Shown: positions 13,340-23,657 of the stretch, one piece after another
Layout of the letters: every line of letters starts with the position of its first letter
How positions within the stretch are numbered: position 1 is the first letter of the stretch
From: Octopus sinensis
Lineage: Eukaryota
Direction of reading: 5' to 3'
NCBI RefSeq assembly: GCF_006345805.1
Contig: NC_043001.1
Span: 106,950,001 to 107,014,000, forward strand
DNA: 64,000 nucleotides
Program-made: the position numbers and the translations under genes
The notes under the pieces: generated by a model
Seen by the model: the letters and a program-made list of their open reading frames with translations, nothing else
What the model was told of the DNA's origin: nothing
Database searches by the model: none

Positions 13340-13647
13340 CAGGACTGGCCACCTGAGGCCCGCGGGCCGCAGGCTTTTATCTTGCGGCCCGCTTCATACT
13401 TTCTTGGAATGGGTTTATTTATGGAAACATTTTAAAACTTTTATCAAAAATTAAAGATGAAAAAACGAAGATACTTCTGTTTTAGCAATGATAATATTTC
13501 AAGTTGAATCAACGGTCATTCATTCTTTATTGTAAAAATAGCTTGAGATATTAAAATGTTCTCAATTCTGTCAGTATAGAAGCTGCCCCACCAAAAACTT
13601 TCTGTGATTAAAGTGGCTGGGAATGTAATTCGTGTTGGCCAAGCCTG
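13340..13647. mobile_element. hAT MITE, family B (copy 1 in the array)
   Basis: TIRs CAGGACTGGCCA...TGGCCAAGCCTG; 8-bp TSD GTCTAGAC/TTCTAGAC, matching the Charlie nTCTAGAn target. Confidence 0.85.
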
Positions 13648-13950
13648 TTCTAGACAATTCCAATTTTCTGTTTAGAAATCTATTTTTCTAGCTTTGTGAT
13701 GGCTGGCTGAGTACAATTTTATAATTAATAAAAAGAAATGAATATTTTTCCATGAATTTAATAAACTACTTTACCTTAAACGTTGACCTCAGACGTCTTC
13801 TTCCTGAAACAAAAGTGATTTGACTCTAAACATTTAGCAGACGACAGCTTTACGTCTCCTCATAAATGGAATACTTCGGGTGTTTCCGCATAATTCCGGT
13901 TTAAACGCTTTTTTGTTAAATAACTGTGTGCATGTGCGCGTGAGAGAGAG

Positions 13951-13998
<48 letters not shown>

Positions 13999-14214
13999 AA
14001 GAAAGAAAGGAATATCTCCGGTGTTTCCAGATAATTCCGGTTTAAACGCTGTTTGTTAAATGTGTGTGTGAGAGAGAGAGAGAGAGTGAGAGACAGAATG
14101 AAGAAAAAGAAAGAAAGTAAGAAAGAAAGATAGAAAGAAAGAAGGGAAGGTAGAAAGAAAGAAGGAAAGTGAGAAAGAATGAAAGGAAAAGAATATGATA
14201 GATAAATAGGTGGG

Positions 14215-14289
<75 letters not shown>

Positions 14290-15025
14290 ACAGACAGACA
14301 GACAGAGGGAGGAGAGGGGAGTCTGCAGTGAAAGAGTGATATCAATGGCGAAGAGAGAGAGAGAGAAGAAAGATAGATTAAATGTCAAAGTGTCGCCAAA
14401 TAAAGAAAAGAATATGAAAGACAGATGAGGAGAGGAGGAGAGTAACAGAAAAAGTTTTGACTTAAATGTAAATATGTATGGATGGAAAGGTCATGTATGG
14501 GTATCATGTCGAAACTGGACATATTATTAAGTTCTATGACAAATACGATCAAATAGATTTATGGTCTAAATTACTCAAGTAATTAAGAAACTGGCTTTGT
14601 TTTCCTTTTTTAGAGGTGGCCGCGAGGGATATTTAAGACGATTTGGTTGTTGTTTCTAGCAGGTCGAGAAACTACGTAGAGACTTTCTTGTTAGACTTGA
14701 TTGTGTGAGCATCGATAGAAACATCTACACACACACACCAACACGGACACGCATACACACACACACACATGTATTTATGTGTATGATCATATGTATAAAA
14801 ATATGACAAAAACTCACAGGGAAAATCTATTTTAGCTGTGGTTACCTTTTGGGAGAAGGCAGACGATTTCTCCAGAAATTGGATTACTTACGTTTCTGAA
14901 TATGGAATGTAATAAAATGAATTTAATAAAGGTGGCTTACCTTCAGTTTAAACTTTAGCAGGTTTCTTCACGGAAAGAAAGGTGACGGACAACCATGGCA
15001 CCAAAGACTTGATGAGAGTCTAGAC

Positions 15026-15340
15026 CAGGGCTGGCCACCTGAGGCCCGCAGGCCGCATGCGGACCGCAGGCTTTTATCTTGCGGCCCGCTTCATACTTTC
15101 TTGGAATGGGTTTATTTAAGGAAACATTTTAAAACTTTTTTTCACAAATTAAAGATGGTAATGAAAAGTAAAAAAGGGAGATACTACTGTTTTAGCAATG
15201 ATAAACGTTCATTCATTCATTATTATAGTAATAGCATGAAAATTAAAAATGTTCTCAATTCTGTCAGTATAGAAGCTGCCCCACCAAAAACTTTCTGTGA
15301 TTAAAGTGGCTGGGAATGTAATTCGTGTTGGCCAAGCCTG
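15026..15340. mobile_element. hAT MITE, family B (copy 2)
   Basis: Same TIRs and TSD. Confidence 0.85.
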
Positions 15341-15659
15341 TTCTAGACAATTCCAATTTTCTGTTTAGAAATCTATTTTTCTAGCTTTGTGATGGCTGGC
15401 TGAGTACAATTTTATAATTAATAAGAAGAAATGAATATTTACCAATGAATTTAATAAACTACTTTACCTTAAACGTTGACCTCAGACGTCTTCTTCCTGA
15501 AACAAAAGTGATTTGACTCTAAACATTTAGCAGACGACAGCTTTACGTCTCCTCATAAATGGAATACTTCGGGTGTTTCCGCATAATTCCAGTTTAAACG
15601 CTTCTTGGTTAAATAACTGTGTGCATGTGCGCGTAAGAGAGAGGGTGAGAAAGAGAGAG

Positions 15660-15713
<54 letters not shown>

Positions 15714-15772
15714 TAGGAAAGGAATATCTCTGGTGTTTCCGGGTAATTCCGGTTTAAACGCTGTTTGTTAAA

Positions 15773-15826
<54 letters not shown>

Positions 15827-15951
15827 TGGAGAAAGAGACAGAAAGTAAGAAAGAAAGAAAGAAAGAAAGAAGGGAAGGTAGAAAGAAAGATAGAAAGAAA
15901 GAAAGGGAAGGAAAAGATCCGAATAGGATAGATAAATAGATGGGTAAGTAA

Positions 15952-16035
<84 letters not shown>

Positions 16036-16123
16036 GTGGGTAGGTAGGTAGGTATTATAGGTAGATGGACGGACAGACAGAGGAAGGAGAGGAGAGACTG
16101 CAGTAAAAGAGTGATATCAATGG

Positions 16124-16178
<55 letters not shown>

Positions 16179-16553
16179 AAGATAGATTAAATGTCAAAGT
16201 GTCGCCAAATAAAGAAAAGAATATGAAGGACAGATGAGGAGAGGAGGAGAGTAACAGAAAAAGTTTTGGCTTAAACGTAAATATGTGTGGATGGAACGAT
16301 CATGTATGGGTATCATGTCAAAACTAGACATATTATTAAGTTCTATGACAAATACGATCAAATAGATTTATTCATGGTCAAAATCAAGTAATTAAGAAAC
16401 TGGCTTTGTTTTCCTTTATATTCAGTGTGTTGTCCCGTCTTTAGAGGTGGCCGGGAGTGATATTTAAGACGATTTGGTTGTTGTTTCTAGCAGGTCGAGA
16501 AACTACGTAGAGACTTTCTTGTTAGACTTTGTTCTGTGAGGATCGATAGATGC

Positions 16554-16615
<62 letters not shown>

Positions 16616-16799
16616 ATACAGACACACGGGGACACACACATCCACGTACACACACACACTACACACATGTATGTATGTGTACGATCATATATAAAAAAAT
16701 GACAAAAACTCACAGAAAAAAATCTATTTTAGTTGGTTTCTTCACGGAAAGAAAGGTGACGGACAACCATGGCACCAAAGACTTGATGAGAGTCTAGAC

Positions 16800-17107
16800 C
16801 AGGGCTGGCCACCTGAGGCCCGCGGGCCGCAGGCTTTTATCTTGCGGCCGCTTCATACTTTCTTGGATGGGTTTTTTAAGGGAACATTTTAAAACTTTAA
16901 TCAAAAATTAAAGATGAAAAAACGAAGATACTACTTCTGTTTTAGCAATGATAATATTTCAAGTTGAATCAACGGTCATTCATTCTTTATTGTAATAATA
17001 GCATGACAAATTTATATGCTTTCAATTCTGTCAGTATAGAAGCTGCCCCACCAAAAACTTTCTGTGATTAAAGTGGCCGGGAACGGAATTCGAGTTGGCC
17101 AAGCCTG
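16800..17107. mobile_element. hAT MITE, family B (copy 3)
   Basis: Same TIRs and TSD. Confidence 0.85.
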
Positions 17108-17764
17108 TTCTAGACAATTCCAATTTTCTGTTTAGAAATCTATTTTTCTAGCTTTGTGATGGCTGGCTGAGTACAATTTTATGATTAATAAGAAGAAATG
17201 AATATTTTTCCATGAATTTAATAAACTACTTTACCTTAAACGTTGACCTCAGACGTCTTCTTCCTGAAACAAAAGTGATTTGACTCTAAGCATTTAGCAG
17301 ACGACAGCTTTACGTCTCTTCATAAATGGAATACTTCGGGTGTTTCCGGATAATTCCGGTTTAAACGCTGTTTCCTAATCATCTATGCGTGTGTATGTAT
17401 GAAGGTATACGTGAGAGTGAGAGAGAGAGAGGGGGGGAGAAAGGTAGGGAGAAAGAAAAAGAGAAAGAAAGAAGGAAAGAATGAAAGCAACAAAGCAAGA
17501 CAACGTAAGTGGAGGCTGGAGTGAAAGAGTGAAAGAGAAAGAGAGAGTGAGGAAGAAAGATGGTGAATGATTGATAATGATTCGCAATCTGGAGAAAGGA
17601 ATGGAATATAAAAGATAGGTGGGTAAGTAGAGAGATAGATGGAGAGAGCGGAGGCTGGAGAAGTCTGTAAAAGAATATCAATGACGAAAACAGAGAAGGG
17701 CTCAAAGTTGGGAACAAAAAAATTACAGTGGAGACATACAGGGAAACCGAACGAAAACCATATA

Positions 17765-18789
17765 TCTATATATATAAAACTCTAGTTGTGTGAGTGTCTG
17801 TCCCCTTTGATTTAGATTCCTAACTCCCCCCACATTTTGCGGTGCAGTTTAACCAAATTCGGGTATCTTATAGTCGTGATTTATATCGAGCCCGTCTGGC
17901 TATTAGCGCGCGTCTACGATGAGTCTACGATTTTAAAAATAATTTGACATAATTTTTTATTCCATTTTAATGCATAATTTTTCGTGTGTCGATGGCGGCG
18001 GAGTTGGCGTCCACGCTCACAGCTGCACCTGTTTGCTTCTCCCCCTTCCCTCCCTCGTGAAGCTGTGGGGAAGGGAGTGTAAAGAAATCAACGTCGTAAT
18101 GCGTTGTCAAGGAGACCAGCGTTCTTTTAGAACAACGACTTCATGGCTTGAAGACACCAAAACAGAAATGGCTAAGAAAGCCCGAATTGGCATCTATAAG
18201 GGAAGTAACTCTCTAAAAATGCTTATATAGTTATTTCCCTTACAAACCCGAGAACGCCGGGCGATACTGCTAGTCTATATATATAAAACTGTAGTTGTGT
18301 GAGTGTCTGTCCCCTTCGATTTAGATTCCTAACTCCTCCCACATTTTGCGGTGCAGTTTAACCAAATTCGGTATCTTATAGTCGTGATTAATATCGAGCC
18401 CGTCTGGCTATTAGCGCGCGTCTACGATGAGTCTACGATTTTAAAAATAATTTAACATCATTTTTTATTCCATTTTAATGCATAATTTTTCGTGTGTCGA
18501 TGGCGGCGGAGTTGGCGTCCACGCTCAAACACCTGCACCTGTGTTTGCTTTTCCCCCTTCTTCCCTCCCTCGTGAAGCTGTGGGAAAGGGAGTTTAAGGA
18601 AATCAACGTCGTAATGCGTTGTCAAGGAGACCAGCGTTCTTTTAGAACAACGACTTCATGGCTTGAAGACACCAAAACAGAAATGGCTAAGAAAGCCCGA
18701 ATTGGCATCTATAACGGAAGTAACTCACTAAAAATGCTTATATAGTTATTTCCCTTACAAACCCGAGCAACGCCGGGCGATACTGCTAG
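17765..18789 (+). mobile_element. Head-to-tail dimer of non-autonomous Helitrons (17765-18273, 18274-18789)
   Basis: 5' TCTATATATATAAAAC, 3' CCCG...CGGG hairpin then CTAG; inserted between A and T; no TSD. Confidence 0.92.
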
Positions 18790-19033
18790 TATATATATAT
18801 ATAGTAATAAGTTATGCATGCGAGAGCTGTGTGTGTGTGTGTGACATGTATGTGTGTGTAAGAGAGAGAGAGAGGGAGGCAGAGAAAGAGGGAGGTAGAG
18901 AAGGAGGAAGATATAGAGATACATATATAGTAACATAAATTATGCTCGCGCGAAGTTCTGTGGATATGTGTGGGTGTGTGGGTGTGCGCGTGCATGCGTG
19001 GTGTGTGTGTGTGTGTATGTGTGTGTGTGTGTG

Positions 19034-20754
19034 TAATCGACAGTAGATTGCGCAGTTCTTTACCTTTTGACCGACAGATTTAAAAATAATTTTTTATAAC
19101 TAAACACTTTCAAACTTCGGACACTGGTAGAATGTGTTATACAAAATATCGTTTACTCTTTGCGTTTTTGAGAAAAACTTATATTTACGGTGTTATTTCA
19201 CGTTAAATTTGTCGTATTTTGGTAATTTCAACCAATTAATGACGTGTATTCAGCTGAATAAAATTACTGCCGTTGTTTGTTAACAAAACCGTCTGACGGT
19301 GTATTTTTCGTTTGTCACAGTTATTTATGACAACCCTAACCCTAACTCTAAAACTCTAACCTAACGCTAAACCCCGAAACCTAACACCCTAACCCTAAAA
19401 CCTTAAAGCTAAAACCAGTACAAACGTATGAACGATGTCATAAATAACTGTGACAAACGAAAAATACTCCTCCGATAGTTGTTGTTGACAAACAACGGCA
19501 GTAATTTTATTCAGCTGAATACACGTCATTGATTGGTTGAAATTATCGAAATACGACGATTTCAACGTGAAATAACTCCGTAAATATAAGTTTTTCTCAA
19601 AAATGCTATGATTAAAAGATATCTATATATATAAAACTCTAGTTGTGTGAGTGTCTGTCCCCTTCGATTTAGATTCCTAACTCATCCCACATTTTGCGGT
19701 GCAGTTTAACCAAATTCGGGTATCTTATAGTCGTGATTCATATCGAGCCCGTCTGACTATTAGCGCGCGTCAACGATGAGTCTACGATTTTAAAAATAAT
19801 TTAACATCATTTTTTATTCCATTTTAATGCATAAAATGCATCGTGTGTCGATGGCAGTGGAGTTGGCGTCCACGCTCACAGCTGCACCTGTTTGCTTCTT
19901 CCCCTTCCCTCCCTCGTGAAGCTGTGGGGAAGGGAGTGTAAAGAAATCAACGTCGTAATGCGTTGTCAAGGAGACCAGCGTTCTTTTAGAACAACGACTT
20001 CATGGCTTGAAGACACCAAAACAAAAATGGCTAAGAAAGCCCGAATTTATAAGGGAAGTAACTCTCTAAAAATGCTTATATAGTTATTTCCCTTACAAAC
20101 CCGAGCAACGCCGGGCGATACTGCTAGTCTATATATATAAAACTGTAGTTGTGTGAGTGTCTGTCTCCTTCAATTTAGATTCCTAACTACTCCCACATTT
20201 TGCGGTGCAGTTTAACCAAATTCGGGTATCTTATAGCCGTGATTCATATCGAGCCCGTCTGAGTATTAGCGCGCGTCTACGATGAGTCTACGATTTTAAA
20301 AATAATTTAACATCATTTTTTATTCCATTTTAATGCATAATTTTTCGTGTGTCGATGGCGGCGGAGTTGGCGTCCATGGTCACACCTGCACCTGTTTGCT
20401 TCTCCCCCTTCTTCCCTCCCTCGTGAAGCTGTGGGGAAGGGAGTGTTAGGAAATCAACGTCGTAAAGCGTTGTCAAGGAGACCAGCGTTCTTTTAGAACA
20501 ACGACTTCATGGCTTGAAGACACCAAAACAGAAATGGCTAAGAAAGCCCGAATTGGCATCTATAAGGGAAGTAACTCTCTAAAAATGCTTATATAGTTAT
20601 TTCCCTTACAAACCCGAGCAACGCCGGGCGATACTGCTAGTTTTATATAAGACATTCTACCAGTGTCCGAAGTTTGAAAGTGTTTAGTTATAAAAAATTA
20701 TTTTTTAAATCTGTCGGTCAAAAGGTAAAGATCCGCGCAATCTACTGTCCATTA
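19034..20754. mobile_element. Foldback element with ~300-bp inverted arms and a (CCCTAA)-like core, interrupted by a Helitron dimer
   Basis: Left arm 19034-19332 is the reverse complement of 19436-19621 plus 20641-20754; core 19333-19435. Confidence 0.85.
19622..20640 (+). mobile_element. Second head-to-tail Helitron dimer (19622-20127, 20128-20640)
   Basis: TC...CTAG termini; A at 19621 and T at 20641. Confidence 0.92.
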
Positions 20755-23152
20755 CACACACACACACACATATGCACACACACGCATGCACATACACACA
20801 CACACACACACACACGCACGCTTATGGTGCCACCCCAGTCTACATACTTACTCTCCCTTTTACGGCCCACCACTAATACAATATAAAGAAAGAATAGCAA
20901 TGATTTCCAGAATTTCTTTTCAAACGTCTGGCATCGATACATTGATGAGCGTCTTCGTTCGCAGATTGGACATGTAAATATTTGATTGATGAGACTAGGT
21001 ATTTATTTGCATGTATATCTCTTTTCCAGTTCCTTCTGAGCACGTTTACCCTCTAACACTGAAACCACCAAAGGGAACGGAGCCTAGCGATGTTTTGTAC
21101 ACTTGAAGATTTAATATTGCTCCTCTTCGAAATAATCTTCAGCTGGTCTTTTAACCGTTTTTAGGTTCCCCAGCCAAGTATTGACGACGCTGTAGCTGGC
21201 CTCTATTGGTGTTTTGATGATTCATTTCTGAACACGATCCTGTTTGATATTTGAATGAGAAAAAACATTTATGTAATAGTTGTGGTTAAAGCTGCAAATA
21301 TCAGCTGGGTTTAAAAGTCACCTTCGCTTTGACGCTCATTAACAAGCACTAGTCAAACTCATTATCGAGTCATCTTCCATACACACGTGTACACATCGAT
21401 GTATATATATGAGAGTATACACACACACATGTATGTGTGTGTTTATGTATGTGTATGTGCGCGCGCGCGTTTCAACGACTTTCTGACTTCCTCATTGATC
21501 ATTCGTTCAGAATACTTACTACTTAAAGGGCAAAGGTTTCACTTTTATTTTACTATTTTTTTCTGAGACCACGAATGCAGATGACTACAAAAGCCCATTA
21601 ATCACGATAAAATCAGTACCGGTGGTGCTATAGTATCACAGAACTACTGAGGTTTCATAGGAAGACCTGCAGTTGGAGAGGATCAGTGACAATTTCCTGA
21701 ATGGAAATTAATTTTGTCTGGTCACTATGGAACGTAGACCAGTAAAATACCGACACCTGTTTCCTTTGTTGATAGTTGGTATCCTTAACAGAAGAAAATC
21801 ACCCATAATAGTGTTATTTCAGACGTCGTTACTGAAAGAAAAATTATAGACCAGATAAAAAACATTATAGTAATATCGTTATGCAATTACTTTAATACAA
21901 ATAGTAAAATACATAGTAGATACGTGAGAGAGAGAGACAGTAGTGTGTGCATGAGATAGATAGATAGCTAGATAGAGAGAGAGAGAGAGAAAGAATGAAT
22001 AGATAGAGAGAGAGAGGAAGTGACGTTTTTATGCTAGGGAAGAAAAGAAAAAGCACTTGAAACTATTCAGTGATGCAGTATTTTTTAATACAGCCTGTCA
22101 TCATATGTACATAATTCATTATTCACATTTGTATTCGAAGTATTAAATAATATAATCAGTGTTTATAATAGTGATGTAAAAAAAAGAAAAAAAAACTTGA
22201 GAACTATCACGTGGCGTATCAGCCATGTTCAGTCTTCGCTTGAACAGTAAGTGTAAATAGCAGTCGTGTACATAGCTTCTCATCTCCTACCAAGCTATTG
22301 CGTGTCGTTGTTAACTTAGGTATTTCCGACTTAGGGAGAAGTGTTATAGTCTGAAAATGTCTACAATTACGAAATTCAAAAGATATTTAATATTAGTATA
22401 TTTGAAATTCAGTCTTTACATACGAAACTATGTAAATACTTCAATAATACCAAGCCATCGGGCAAATAACGATTTATTTCGTTTGCTTGTTTAGCCGGTA
22501 TTGTACAAATGAATATTTGGACGAAAATTGTTTTGATATGAAGCAAGCGACAAATTCGGGTTAAGAAGAGAATTTATATTAATGTATTCGAAATTACGCA
22601 GTTATATACGATACAATGTGAATATGTTAACAGTTACAAAATGACCATGGAAATAAAAGAACTTCAGTCGATATGGTTCCCTAGTTTAACCGGTGACGTG
22701 TAAATAGAGATATCTGGATGGCAGAGTCTGTAAGGGCAACGGTCGTTGTACCGCGTAGGACTTGATTACTTCCCCTTACATTCTCGAGTTCAAATCTAGT
22801 TGACGTTGCCTTTCGTAGTCGATGAAAATGTTTAGCATAGACGCAACATCTCAAAACTTTTTCTTGAAAGGAGGGTTATATTTAATTAAATCAAGCTAAT
22901 ATTTGTTTCCAATTCACGTTATTACAAACAGTTATGATAATCCCAGCTTTTTTTTTTTAGACAATTCCCTAAATATTCTTCCTGTTTTTTTTTTTAAAGA
23001 CAGTAGGGTATTATTTGAAAAATAGGTTCCTATTTTTAACAAGTCGGTTGACCACATAGATGCTCTTCAGCGGGTCCTTTATTTTATCGATCTAGCAAAG
23101 ATGTTAATAAAAAACGAATTCGATCTAGGAGGGATTTGAACCCAGCAAGTAG

Positions 23153-23308
23153 AGGGGTCGATATAATCGGGTACAAGGTTGAATTAGGGTCGATACAATC
23201 GGGTACATGCTGGAAGTAGGGGTCGATATAATCGGGTACATGATAGACGGATATAGTCAGATACATGGGTGAAGCAGGAATCGATATAATGGGGTACATG
23301 GTTGAAAT
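23153..23308. repeat. Five-copy ~30-33-bp degenerate minisatellite
   Basis: Core GGGGTCGATATAATCGGGTACA repeated. Confidence 0.8.
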
Positions 23309-23428
23309 GGTACTGCCCCATGCTGGAGCAATCAGAGAGAGATAGATAGATAGATAGAGAGGTAAGGAATAAATAAACAGACTCAAATTATGGAGGGAGA
23401 GAAAAAGATGAAGGAAGTATATGGTAAA

Positions 23429-23487
23429 CCGGAAACCGGAAGTGAGTGGCGCTGAAACAGAAGAAAGCGAGTGTGTTGCGCATGCGT
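23429..23487 (+). promoter_or_regulatory. Housekeeping-type promoter: tandem ETS sites and an NRF1-type palindrome
   Basis: CCGGAAAC CGGAAGT at 23429-23443 (ETS/GABP-like) and TGCGCATGCGT at 23477-23487 (NRF1-like), in a CpG-rich unique segment upstream of a strong splice donor. Confidence 0.7.
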
Positions 23488-23489
23488 AT

Positions 23490-23657
23490 CGTCAATCCCA
23501 ATGACTGCTGGTTGAAACGCCCGGATCTTCAAGTCAGGAACTGGTGTTTCTGGCAACAGAGATTCTTTGATTGTTGGCTTTTAGAACTTATTTGGAATAT
23601 TTTACTCACGCCGGTTGATAATTTAACGTTATCTTAGACGTCATACATGTCCATGAG
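23490..23657 (+). other. USP36: Candidate first (5'UTR) exon of USP36; start approximate
   Basis: Lies just downstream of the ETS/NRF1 motif cluster and ends in a consensus donor GAG|GTAAGT (23658-23663). The link to USP36 across a ~35-kb intron is inferred. Confidence 0.6.

Larger units (their letters stand above)
11898..17370. repeat. Tandem array of ~1.7-1.8-kb units (three full, one partial)
   Basis: Anchor CTTTGTGATGGCTGGCTGAG at 11898, 13692, 15385 and 17152 (periods 1794, 1693, 1767). Length variation comes mainly from internal (GA)n, (GATA)n, (CA)n tracts and one deletion. Confidence 0.95.

Noticed and set aside
12124-14388. ORFs with YLSI/LS repeats, also 15-248, 540-920 and other CV/HT-repeat ORFs
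   Set aside because: Translations of (GATA)n, (GA)n and (CA)n microsatellites.
19333-19435. Telomeric repeat as a chromosome end or fusion scar
   Set aside because: Short, degenerate and centred within a foldback element.
17970-20083. Recurrent ~60-85 aa ORF LPSLVKLWGRECKEINVVMRCQGDQ... in Helitron copies
   Set aside because: It recurs only because the copies are young and near-identical. No RepHel motifs; starts are non-ATG and variable.
23128-23146. GGGTTCAAATCCC T-arm on the minus strand
   Set aside because: No acceptor, D or anticodon arms can be built; best read as a SINE head remnant, not a tRNA.
23153-23308. Repeat-spacer appearance like a CRISPR array
   Set aside because: Eukaryotic context; the spacers are only about 10 bp and resemble one another; no cas genes.
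23446-23637. 63-aa ORF across the promoter and first exon
   Set aside because: Starts at GTG within the promoter motifs, probably upstream of or at the TSS; no recognisable protein.
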